Part shown: positions 41,042 through 49,888 of the stretch, piece after piece
Numbering within the stretch: position 1 is the first letter of the stretch
Layout of the letters: each line of letters begins with the position of its first letter
DNA from: Chloroflexota bacterium
GTDB taxonomy: Bacteria > Chloroflexota > UBA11872
Assembly (NCBI GenBank): GCA_965247475.1
Contig: OZ252016.1
Span: 807,971-871,970, forward strand
Length of the DNA stretch: 64,000 nt
Reading direction: 5' to 3'
Program-made: the position numbers and the translations under genes
The notes under the pieces: generated by a model
What the model was told of the DNA's origin: nothing
Databases searched by the model: none
What the model saw: the letters and a program-made list of their open reading frames with translations, nothing else

Positions 41042-42207
41042 TAGAACGAGACGCAGTTGTCGCGGACGAATCTGGGGCTGCCCTGATCGTCCGTGTGGTC
41101 TTGCGTGGACTCGGTCAGCGCCGTGCGCACGAAGTCTCGGATGGCGTCCACGTCCGGCCGCAGCAGGTTGGCGCCGTCCTCGCCCTGAATCGATCGCAGG
41201 AGCTGCTGGTCGCGACCATGGATCGTCCAGGAGTTGATTCGCTCAGGCGGGATGCGGAGTGCGAGCTCGCCGAGCGCCGCGATGCGATCGAACGGGAAGT
41301 CGGTTTGGAACGCACCCTCCAGACTCGCCAGCACGCCTGGCGCGCTGACCACCAGCGCCGGCGACAGCGCCTGGTCGCGCAGGCCGCGCACGACCTGTTG
41401 CTGCCGGCAGATGCGTGCGAAGTCCCCCTGCGGGTCGTACTTTCGCGAGCGCGCGTACGCCACGGCCTCTCGCCCGTTGAGTTCGTTCGTGCCCGGCTCG
41501 AGAATCAGCCGCACCTCCTCGTCGGTGTCGAGATACACGAAACGCTCGTCGAACTCGCGGTTCGAGGTGATCCGCACGCCGCCGAGCTGATCGATGATCC
41601 GCTCGACACCCTGGAAGTTCACCATCGCCCAGTGGTGAACCTGCAAGCCCGTGAGATTCCGGATCGACTGAATCAGCTCGTCGATGCCCTCGCGCTTGTA
41701 GACCTCGTTGAGCCGCGAGCTATGGCCCTCACACGCGCCCAGACACAGATCCCGTGGGATCGACAGGATGAACACCGTATCGGTCTGCGGATCGAGGCTG
41801 ACGATCATCATCACGTCCGTGTTGCCCTCGAAGTGACTCGCCTTGTCGATCCCGAGCAGAAGCAGATTCAACCGATTCTGGCCGGTCCAGGTGTCGGTCA
41901 GCTCGGGTGTCGGCGTGGGAGTGGGAAGGGCCGCGATGGTCGGAGTTGGCGTCGGCGGGTTCTCGCCGGCCGCCCTGGTCGTGAGCGTAGGGGCCGGTGC
42001 CTCCGGCGCGGCGGGCGAAGGCGTGTTCGCCACCGGCGCGACCGTGTCCCGGGCGACGGCGATGACCGCCGGCTCGTTCGCGGTCCGTTCCACCGGCGCC
42101 GATGGTGAGATCGTGCTGATGGCGGGTTCAGCTGTCGCGCCGACGCACGCCGCAAGCGTAAGGCTCACAATCAGCGCGGACGCTGCGAGTCGCGAGAGCC
42201 GATTCAC
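41038..42207 (-). CDS. LCP (LytR-CpsA-Psr) family protein, lipoprotein
   Basis: NLLLLGID, TDVMMIVS, SIPRDL, YARSR, DFARI.RQQ; lipobox LAAC. Confidence 0.92.
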   Translation of the reverse strand: MNRLSRLAASALIVSLTLAACVGATAEPAISTISPSAPVERTANEPAVIAVARDTVAPVANTPSPAAPEAPAPTLTTRAAGENPPTPTPTIAALPTPTPTPELTDTWTGQNRLNLLLLGIDKASHFEGNTDVMMIVSLDPQTDTVFILSIPRDLCLGACEGHSSRLNEVYKREGIDELIQSIRNLTGLQVHHWAMVNFQGVERIIDQLGGVRITSNREFDERFVYLDTDEEVRLILEPGTNELNGREAVAYARSRKYDPQGDFARICRQQQVVRGLRDQALSPALVVSAPGVLASLEGAFQTDFPFDRIAALGELALRIPPERINSWTIHGRDQQLLRSIQGEDGANLLRPDVDAIRDFVRTALTESTQDHTDDQGSPRFVRDNCVSFY

Positions 42208-42324
42208 GGCTGGCGTCAAATGGCGTATCCGAAGCGCACTGCCGCCAGGCGCCTCCAGGTTGGATCGAAGCAATCTATCATCGGCGTCTGGGCGAGCACT
42301 GCCATCCGATCAATCGGTGCGCGG

Positions 42325-43209
42325 ATGTCTGGCGTGATGCGGGGGTCGGGAGAGCGGCCGCATCCGGCGTCGGTAGAGGTCACGCCGGAGTTCCGACGCC
42401 GATTTCAACGCCGCGTGGTCGACTGGTATCGGCGGTACGGACGCGATCTGCCGTGGAGGCGAACCAGCGATCCGTACCACGTGGCGGTGTCCGAGATCCT
42501 GCTGCAGCAGACGCAAGCGCGTCGAGTGGCGCCCGTGTTCGAGGCGTTCGTCGATCGCTTTCCGACCGTCGGCGATCTTCACGCCGCGCCGGTGGACGAC
42601 GTGAAGCGGCTTACCGATCCGCTCGGATATCACGTGCGCGGCACCTGGTTGAAGGAACTGGCGGCGCGCGTCGTCGAACGGCACGGCGGTGAGCTCCCGA
42701 CCGATCTGGCAGAGTTGCGCGGCCTTCCGGGATTGGGGCCGTACGCGGCCGCCGCGGTGATGGTCTTCGGGCATCGGCGCCGCGCGGCGCTGCTGGACAC
42801 GAACATCGCGCGCGTCTATACGCGTTCGGTCGGCCTTCCGTCCCAGGGCTCGTTCTATCGAGATACGTCGTACCTCACCGAGCTGGCCGAGTGCCTGGTC
42901 CCGGCCCGGCGGTTCTTTGACTATCACCAGGGCCTCATGGACCTGGGGGCGACGATCTGTACGGCCGCGCGGCCCAAGTGCGGGGAGTGTCCGCTTCGCG
43001 CCGACTGCCGGCTCGTCAACGGAGGCCCCGCCGCGGCGCGGTGGCGCAGAGACGGGATAGAGCTCGCGGCCGAGCGAACCGTCGGCTACCGCGTCGGGTC
43101 GGGACCTACGCGTCCCGGTGTTCGGAGCCGTTCGGCACCCCGCCGCCGTCCGAGGTCCGATCGCTCCGCGTCTCGGCCGCGCGAATCGCGGCGTCGGCCG
43201 CGCGAGTAA
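42325..43209 (+). CDS. MutY/MIG-like HhH-GPD DNA glycosylase with 4Fe-4S cluster, short form
   Basis: RDLPWR, VSEILLQQT, LPGLGPY, LDTN, C-x6-C-x2-C-x5-C. Confidence 0.9.
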   Translation: MSGVMRGSGERPHPASVEVTPEFRRRFQRRVVDWYRRYGRDLPWRRTSDPYHVAVSEILLQQTQARRVAPVFEAFVDRFPTVGDLHAAPVDDVKRLTDPLGYHVRGTWLKELAARVVERHGGELPTDLAELRGLPGLGPYAAAAVMVFGHRRRAALLDTNIARVYTRSVGLPSQGSFYRDTSYLTELAECLVPARRFFDYHQGLMDLGATICTAARPKCGECPLRADCRLVNGGPAAARWRRDGIELAAERTVGYRVGSGPTRPGVRSRSAPRRRPRSDRSASRPRESRRRPRE

Positions 43210-44329
43210 CGGCGTCGATGCTCGGGATCCCTCGCAGGCCGGACTCGGGATCGCCCTCGTACACCCACCGCGCGTTCGCCGCGTAGGGCCCGTAGATCCA
43301 CGGCTCGGTCGTCGTGAATATCGTGACCGACGGCGTCCCGACGCAGGCGGCCAGCTGCGCCGCCGCGGAATCGTTGCCGATAAAGAGATCGCCGCCTTGG
43401 ATCAGCGCCGCCAGCTGGCCGAACGAGGTCTGCCCGCTCAGGTCCACGGCGTCGAAGCGCATGGCGTCGCGCACGGACGCAACCGAGGATGCGTCCGAAG
43501 GCTGTCCCACCAGCACAATTGCCGCGCCGGACCGAGCCACCAGGGCGTCGGCCACGCGCGCAAAGCGCTCCACCGGCCACCGCTTCGAGACGTCCACCGC
43601 GCCCGGATTGACGCCGCCCCCGGGTCCGACGATGACTCGGGGCCGCACCTCGGCTAGGCCGAATTCCTCGATCAGGCGGACCGTTGCCTCGGTGTCTTGC
43701 GGCGTAGGGAAGAAATGGCACCCGACGTCGACGGCGTTGATGCCGGCCGCCTCGCCGACGTGCAAATAGGCGCTCGCTTCGTGGTCGTCGGGCTCGATCG
43801 GAACGCGCGTCGTGTGCGTAAAGCCGCGGCCTCGGCTGTCGAGCCCGATCCGGAACGGAATGCGCGCGAGATACGGCAGCAGCGCCATCAGCGGCGATCG
43901 GTCGAGCACGAGCGCCGCGTCGAACCGACGAGCGCGCAGCATGCGCGCGAAGCGCAGGTACGAACTCGCGTCGTATCGACGTGGGGTGCCCAGCTCACCC
44001 ATCGAGAGGACCTCGTCGATGTGCGGGTTGTTCGCCAGTGCTCGAGCCGCGTAGTCGGCGACGGCGAAGGTCACACGCGCGCTCGGACGCGCGCGGCGCA
44101 ACGCTTCGAGCAGCGGCGTGGTCCGCAGCACGTCGCCGAGCGCCAGCGGCTTCAGCACCAGGACCGATGGCGACTCGCCCGCGGGAAACGGCACGCCGCC
44201 CGGCGCCGACGGCCGCACGACGGCTCCGGCGGCCCCGCAGGCCGCGGTCACCGCCAGCGCGCGGAGGCCGGATCGGCGTCTCCAGTCGCCGCGTGCCCAA
44301 CGACGAAGTCGCCGCTTAGCTGCGCGCAT
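43106..44329 (-). CDS. Glycosyltransferase family 9 (heptosyltransferase-like)
   Basis: LGDVL..TP, NPHIDEV, KRWP.ERF, FIGNDS. Confidence 0.9.
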   Translation of the reverse strand: MRAAKRRLRRWARGDWRRRSGLRALAVTAACGAAGAVVRPSAPGGVPFPAGESPSVLVLKPLALGDVLRTTPLLEALRRARPSARVTFAVADYAARALANNPHIDEVLSMGELGTPRRYDASSYLRFARMLRARRFDAALVLDRSPLMALLPYLARIPFRIGLDSRGRGFTHTTRVPIEPDDHEASAYLHVGEAAGINAVDVGCHFFPTPQDTEATVRLIEEFGLAEVRPRVIVGPGGGVNPGAVDVSKRWPVERFARVADALVARSGAAIVLVGQPSDASSVASVRDAMRFDAVDLSGQTSFGQLAALIQGGDLFIGNDSAAAQLAACVGTPSVTIFTTTEPWIYGPYAANARWVYEGDPESGLRGIPSIDAVTRAADAAIRAAETRSDRTSDGGGVPNGSEHRDA

Positions 44330-44469
44330 CGGTCGTGTCTCGACAGGTGTGAGTCTCAGGCTAGCATCGGTCGACTCGCCGCGATCGGGGTCGACCGCCG
44401 AGGGCCGCCACTACAATCGAGCTGTCGTCCTGCAGGCTGCGGGGCCGGACCGGCCTCGCGGACGCTTCG

Positions 44470-44868
44470 ATGCCGATCTACGAATACCGGTGCGAGCAGT
44501 GCTCGCGCCGCACGACGAAGTTCTTCAAGACGTTCGCGGCGGCCACGCAGCCGTGCTGCGAGCACTGCGGTTCACCCCGCGTCGAGCGCATCTACTCACG
44601 CGTCTCGGTCTTCCGAGACGGCGGCCGCGGCGACGACGATGGCGACGGCGATCTCACGGGCATGGGCGACATGATGGAGGGGCTGGAAAGCGGCGATCCG
44701 CGCGGCCTGGCGCGCATGGCGCGGCACATGAGCGACGAGATGGGCGAGGATATCCCGGGCGAGTACGAGGACGTGCTTCGACGCATGGAGGCCGGGGAGA
44801 TGCCGTCCGACGAGGAGTTTGGCGACATCGATCCTCCGGATGATGCCGCAGGTGACGAGCACGACTGA
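44470..44868 (+). CDS. FmdB family zinc-ribbon protein
   Basis: MPIYEYRCEQC...CEHCGS plus acidic tail. Confidence 0.88.
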   Translation: MPIYEYRCEQCSRRTTKFFKTFAAATQPCCEHCGSPRVERIYSRVSVFRDGGRGDDDGDGDLTGMGDMMEGLESGDPRGLARMARHMSDEMGEDIPGEYEDVLRRMEAGEMPSDEEFGDIDPPDDAAGDEHD

Positions 44869-45712
44869 TCGATCGACGCCGAAGCTCCTGGCGCTCGACG
44901 TCGACGGCACGATCGCGCCGCCGGGAACGGTGCGCGGCGGGGACTTCGACCCCGACCTGCTCGACGCGCTGAATCGAGTATCGCGCCGGGGGACGCGCAT
45001 CGTACTGGCCACCGGCCGAAACATCGTCTCGATGCGCGGGTTGCTGTCGAGACTCGATGCATCGGCGGTCGCCGTGCTGACCAACGGCACAGTGATTCGG
45101 GATCAGGCGGGTGGCCGCGTCGTCCGCGTGCGCCACCTCGGTCTCTCGGCGGCACGGCGCGCGACCACCATGATCCGATCTCATGGCATGCACGCGATCT
45201 GGATCGAGTCCCCGCACGCCGCCGACCGGTATCTCGTCGACGGTCCGTGGTGGACGCACCAACCGACTCGGAAGTATCTGGCCAATAAGCCCCCATTCGT
45301 GCGCCCGCTGCTGGACCCGATCGCCGCCGCGCCGCCCGTCGACATATTCGCTCTCGGTTCGGCGACGGCGGTCGCCGCGGCCGAAGCGGCTCTGCGCTGG
45401 GAGCTCGGTGAGCAGGTGTCCCTGGTGTCCTGGTGGAGCGAACGGCTCGACGCGGCAGGGTTGGAAGTCCTGCCCCCGGGGGTCACCAAGGGCGAGGCCG
45501 TTGCGTGGCTGGCCAATGTATTTGGCATAACGAACAGTCAAGCGATGGCCGTCGGGGACGACCGCAACGACATCGAGATGCTCCGGTGGGCCGGGAGCTC
45601 GGTGGCGATCGCCGGCGCGCCACCCGATGTGATCGCCGCCGCCGATCGCGTCGTGGCCAACGAAGGCGAAGGGGCCGTGCGCCGCATCGTTCGTGAGATC
45701 TGGGGCGTGTGA
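44852..45712 (+). CDS. Cof-type HAD hydrolase
   Basis: ALDVDGT, ATGR, TKG, GDDRNDIEML. Confidence 0.92.
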   Translation: MTSTTDRSTPKLLALDVDGTIAPPGTVRGGDFDPDLLDALNRVSRRGTRIVLATGRNIVSMRGLLSRLDASAVAVLTNGTVIRDQAGGRVVRVRHLGLSAARRATTMIRSHGMHAIWIESPHAADRYLVDGPWWTHQPTRKYLANKPPFVRPLLDPIAAAPPVDIFALGSATAVAAAEAALRWELGEQVSLVSWWSERLDAAGLEVLPPGVTKGEAVAWLANVFGITNSQAMAVGDDRNDIEMLRWAGSSVAIAGAPPDVIAAADRVVANEGEGAVRRIVREIWGV

Positions 45713-45995
45713 GCCGAGCTCAGCCGCAGCGTCCGTGGCTGCTCGCGTGACACGGATGGCTCAACATGGTTGTTCAAGTCGTAAGGGTCGTTCGCGGCCC
45801 GTCGCAGCGGGTACACTCTGACTGATTTGCGGCGAGAGCGTGATGCGGGGGACACGCGAGGCAGTGCGGTGCCGCCCGAGGCGCTGAGGGGCCCTCTGGG
45901 TGGGCGGTGGCTGGCGAGGGAACCCGTTCCCGGCCGTCGGCGGGTTGATTCGACGATAGTTCTTCACATAGAGAGTGAGGCGAGTCGAGGTGAGT

Positions 45996-47525
45996 TTGAA
46001 GATTGGCGATAGAGTCAAAGCGCGGGGCGTCTCACGGCGGGCGATGTTGCGTGCCGCCCTGGGCGCATCCGCCGCGACTGCGGGCGCGGCGATTCTCGCC
46101 GCCTGTGGCGAGACCCAGGTTGTCGAGAAGATCGTGACTAAGGAAGTCGTGGTCGAGAAGGTCGTCGAGGTCATGGTCGAGGTGCCGGTCGAGGCGCCGG
46201 CGGCCGCCCCGGTCCAGGCTGGGCCGGTTCAGATCCGGTTCGCGACCGACCACACGTCGGGCCCGCGCGGCAACGCGATGAACTGGGCCATGCGGAAGTT
46301 CGCGGAGCAGTTTCCGAACATCTTCGTGAAGCGCGAGCCGACCGGCGCGGTTGAGGAAGCCTTCGCGCTGCACGTCGCGGCGGGCGACGCGGCCGAGCTC
46401 ACGCTGAGCGAGCCGGTGGACACGGCGCCGTGGTACCAGGAGGGTGCGTTCACGCGGATCAACGACACGTTGGAGAAGCACGCGGACTGGGACCCGTTGA
46501 AGTGGTTGCACCAGCCCGACGAGTACAGCGTCAACTTCTGGGACGAGCAGCCGTCAGTGACGAACGACGGGATCCAGGGCCCGCAGTACGGCATGCCGTA
46601 TCAGGGCGCGATGATCGGCCCGGCGTACAACACCTCGATGATGGACCGGCTGGGCATCGCGTTTCCCGAGAAGGGCAAATGGGGTGTCGAGACCGAGTTC
46701 CTCGAGGCGCTCAAGCAGGCCACAAACCCGGACACGGGCGAGTTCGGCATGTGGATGCACTCGTTCACGGTGATCTGGTGGATTCGCTGGGCCTGGGGCC
46801 TGAGCGACACGGGCACGCGGATGATTCGCAATCCGGAGGGCACCCACTATGAGGTGTTCGAGGACGGCGGGGATCGCGGCTATTCGCTGGCGATCGACAT
46901 GATCCACAAGCACGAAGTCGCGCCGACGACCGAGGGGTCACGCGAAGTCGCCGGCGAGTTCGCCAATCCGTTTGCGTCCGGCAAGGTGCTGGTCGGATGG
47001 CACCTGGGATTCGTCGGTTCGAACGTGATCCAGATCGGCAATCGGTTCAACTGGGCGCTGGGGCCAGTGACCGAGGGTCCGCGCGGACCGATGCCCGTGT
47101 GGCACTCGGGGCAGCCGCACATCGTGTCCAATTCGGCCGAGCGAAACGGCACGACCGAGGAGACGGTGGAGCTGGCGCTGTTCATGGCCGGCCCGACGGT
47201 CCAGAACCGGATCGGGGTCGACCGCGGAAGCGCACCGGTGCTGAAGTCGGTGTACGACGAGCCGGACTTCCACGCCGGTCCGCCGGACAACCACGGGACC
47301 ACGCTCAAGGAGTACTCGCTGCGAGACGACCACCGTGGGTGGCAGGCCATGCACCCGAACGCCAGCGAGTGGCGCGGGGCGTGGTCGAGCGCATCGGACA
47401 AGGGATTCCTTGGTGAGGAAACCGCCGAGGAGAGCATCGAGAGCGTCATCGCGGCGTCTGACCGGATCCTCGCGGACCGGAAGGACGAGTACGACGAGAT
47501 GAAGGCTTGGGGCAGAACGCTCTAA
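45996..47525 (+). CDS. Extracellular solute-binding lipoprotein (Tat signal)
   Basis: SRRAML twin-arginine motif, LAAC lipobox, VEK low-complexity linker, family-1 SBP-like body. Confidence 0.85.
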   Translation: MKIGDRVKARGVSRRAMLRAALGASAATAGAAILAACGETQVVEKIVTKEVVVEKVVEVMVEVPVEAPAAAPVQAGPVQIRFATDHTSGPRGNAMNWAMRKFAEQFPNIFVKREPTGAVEEAFALHVAAGDAAELTLSEPVDTAPWYQEGAFTRINDTLEKHADWDPLKWLHQPDEYSVNFWDEQPSVTNDGIQGPQYGMPYQGAMIGPAYNTSMMDRLGIAFPEKGKWGVETEFLEALKQATNPDTGEFGMWMHSFTVIWWIRWAWGLSDTGTRMIRNPEGTHYEVFEDGGDRGYSLAIDMIHKHEVAPTTEGSREVAGEFANPFASGKVLVGWHLGFVGSNVIQIGNRFNWALGPVTEGPRGPMPVWHSGQPHIVSNSAERNGTTEETVELALFMAGPTVQNRIGVDRGSAPVLKSVYDEPDFHAGPPDNHGTTLKEYSLRDDHRGWQAMHPNASEWRGAWSSASDKGFLGEETAEESIESVIAASDRILADRKDEYDEMKAWGRTL

Positions 47526-47561
47526 CGCTCGAGCTGGATTCGACCGCCGGAACGCGGTCCA

Positions 47562-47600
47562 GGGGGCGCCGGGGCAACAGCCCCGGCGCCTTCCTTGTTT
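47562..47600 (+). terminator. Rho-independent terminator
   Basis: GGCGCCGGGGC-AACA-GCCCCGGCGCC followed by TTCCTTGTTT. Confidence 0.75.
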
Positions 47601-47807
47601 GTGCACGGCACGGTGGCCCGACCTTCAGGTTCGGATGTCCCAGACTCGGGAATATGAGAATCTCGCGGCGCGCTCGCCAGACCGAACCCGCGACCTGTCG
47701 TCATGAGGCCGGGCGGACATGGCCGACGACCAGACTGTGGAGTGGGCGGCTATCGCCATCAGGCGGCTGTCGAGCCGGGTGAGCGCCGTTCTGACCGACC
47801 GCTGCGT

Positions 47808-48194
47808 TTAGTTCCCGAGTCCGAACCCGGGCGTGTCGGAGCCCTTCTTGAGATATCCGCCGAGCCCTCGGCAGATCGGCGCGTCGTCGATCGCGCGGCA
47901 GCGGTTCGAGAGCGGCAGCATCTTGTTGGCGTGCGTGAGCACACCGGGGTAGGCATCCGCTGCGTCCTCCCAGTCCTCGGTCGTTCCGCAGGCGCGGACG
48001 GCCAGGTCCAGATCCTCTTCTTGTAGATCCGCGACTTGCGACAGCTCCTCGAACGCCGCGTTGCACGCCGCCGGATCCGAAAAGGCGGACACGTCTTCTT
48101 CGGGCGCAGCCTCGCCGCCGCTGTCGCCGCCGCACGCGGCCAGAACCAGCAGCGCTGCTGCCAAGAGGCTTGCGAATACGCTAATACGTCGCAC
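47808..48194 (-). CDS. Hypothetical small lipoprotein
   Basis: MRRISVF...LAAC lipobox; four further Cys residues. Confidence 0.7.
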   Translation of the reverse strand: MRRISVFASLLAAALLVLAACGGDSGGEAAPEEDVSAFSDPAACNAAFEELSQVADLQEEDLDLAVRACGTTEDWEDAADAYPGVLTHANKMLPLSNRCRAIDDAPICRGLGGYLKKGSDTPGFGLGN

Positions 48195-48332
48195 GCGATC
48201 CGTCTCCCGAAGCGGTTGCTGCAACTTTACCTCGCGGCCGGTCTCCGCTTCCACACCTCCACCCCGGCGGCTCGATCGAAACGGGAATCGTGCGCGCATC
48301 GGCTTGGCGCCGCCGTCGGAACTCGGATCGGG

Positions 48333-49520
48333 CTACCAGCCCGCCCAGCTTCCGTCGAAGTGGCGATACTGCCGGAACGGCATCGGTTCATCGTAGGCCC
48401 GCGCGGCCACGGCTTCCTCGTTGACTTCGATGCCGAGGCCGGGCCGGTCGTTGAGCTCGATGTACCCCTCGTCGAGCACCCAGTCATGCTCGACCAGGTC
48501 GTCGAACCAGGGCGTGTGCCACAGCGTGCTGCCTTCCTGGATCAGGAAATTCTGCATCGCGGCATCCGCGTGCATGAGCGCGGCGAAATAGACCGGGCCG
48601 ATCCCCCCGTGCGGCGCCATCAGCATCTGCTGCTCGGCCGCCGCGGCCCCAATGCGGCGAAGGCCCGTGATGCCGAACGCATGGGCGCCGTCAGGCTGCA
48701 GGATCGCGCAGGATCGTCGGTCGATCAGCTCCTTGAAGTCCCGCACCGAGTACAGCTTCTCGCCGGTCGCGATCGGGATCGTGGTCTTCGACTTGACCGC
48801 CTCCAGCGCCTCGACCGATCCGACTTTGCACGGCTCTTCGAGGAACAAGGGCCGCGTGTCGGCCACGAGCTCGGCCAGCAGTATCGACAGCTCCGGCAGC
48901 GGGCTGGCATGGCAGTCGATCATCAACGCGATCTCGTCGCCAACCTCATCCCGCACCGCGTGCAGCACGTCGGACGCGCGCATCAGCGCGTCGCGGTCCA
49001 GCTGAGTGCCGCGGCCCTCGAGTGGGACGCCCTTCATCGCGCGCGAGCCGCGCTCGATGTCGGCGCGGGCCTTCGCGCGTGCTTCGGCTGGTGTGCTGCC
49101 GAAGGCGATCCCGCCGTCGTACACGCGCACGCGGTCTCGCCGCCGGCCGCCCAGCAGCTTGTAGACCGGAACTCCCCACGCCTTGCCGGTGATGTCGTGC
49201 AACGCCATGTCAATGGCGGCGACCGCCGAGCCGAACACCGATCCCCCCTTCCAGGGGAGCCGGTTCTGCAGGTCTTCCCACAGGACCTGGAAATCGGTCG
49301 GGTCGCGCCCGACGAGCATGGGCTCGTATTCGTGCACGGCCTTTTCCACGATCGGCGACAGCCACTCGCCGCTGCCCTCGCCCCAGCCCGAGATTCCGGC
49401 GTCGGTCTCGATCTTGACGAACATCCACGTCTTGAATGCGCTGGCTCGGGTCTCGCCGCTCTTGCGCTTGGTCTGGGGAGGAGAGTTGGAGATGTAAGTC
49501 CGAAGTCCCGTGATCTTCAC
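48333..49520 (-). CDS. Mandelate racemase/enolase family acid-sugar dehydratase
   Basis: ETDAGISGWGE, IDMALHDI.GK, DCH, ATGEK, APH, PGLGIE. Confidence 0.92.
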   Translation of the reverse strand: MKITGLRTYISNSPPQTKRKSGETRASAFKTWMFVKIETDAGISGWGEGSGEWLSPIVEKAVHEYEPMLVGRDPTDFQVLWEDLQNRLPWKGGSVFGSAVAAIDMALHDITGKAWGVPVYKLLGGRRRDRVRVYDGGIAFGSTPAEARAKARADIERGSRAMKGVPLEGRGTQLDRDALMRASDVLHAVRDEVGDEIALMIDCHASPLPELSILLAELVADTRPLFLEEPCKVGSVEALEAVKSKTTIPIATGEKLYSVRDFKELIDRRSCAILQPDGAHAFGITGLRRIGAAAAEQQMLMAPHGGIGPVYFAALMHADAAMQNFLIQEGSTLWHTPWFDDLVEHDWVLDEGYIELNDRPGLGIEVNEEAVAARAYDEPMPFRQYRHFDGSWAGW

Positions 49521-49756
49521 CGCGTTGCCTCGCTTCCCCTCGACTCAGGGCCTGACATGCGCACGGGACCATACGCTCTCGTTCCTCGGCCGACAACCCG
49601 CGGGGCGCGGGCGGCCGGAATGCGCGGCAGACGATTCCCGCCACGGCCTACACTGTTCGCTCATCCGCTGGGGCAGTTCGAGCGGTGAGCAAGCCCCCCG
49701 ACCGGCACGGTGCGCGCCCATGACCACGGACTCGACAGATTGCATTGCCATGCCGG

Positions 49757-49852
49757 GGCCGTTCGCGGCGATCCCAGGTAGGCGCGGATCGCGAACCTCT
49801 CCCCTGCGCATGGTGAGCCTCTCCCCCGTGCATGGTGAGCCCGTCGAACCAT
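49757..49852. repeat. Intergenic REP-like elements
   Basis: GTTCGCG.CGATCCCAGGTA...CGCGAACC is shared with 52002-52050; TCCCCCGTGCATGGTGAGCCCGTCGAACC is related to 13844-13885. Confidence 0.7.
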
Positions 49853-49888
49853 CGCGGCGCTCGGCCGCGCCGCAAGGAACACGAGGTG

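Noticed and set aside
48036-49688. 550-aa plus-strand ORF (and similar long ORFs such as 32037..33926)
   Set aside because: Antisense to well-supported genes and Arg/Ala-rich, as expected for high-GC shadow frames.
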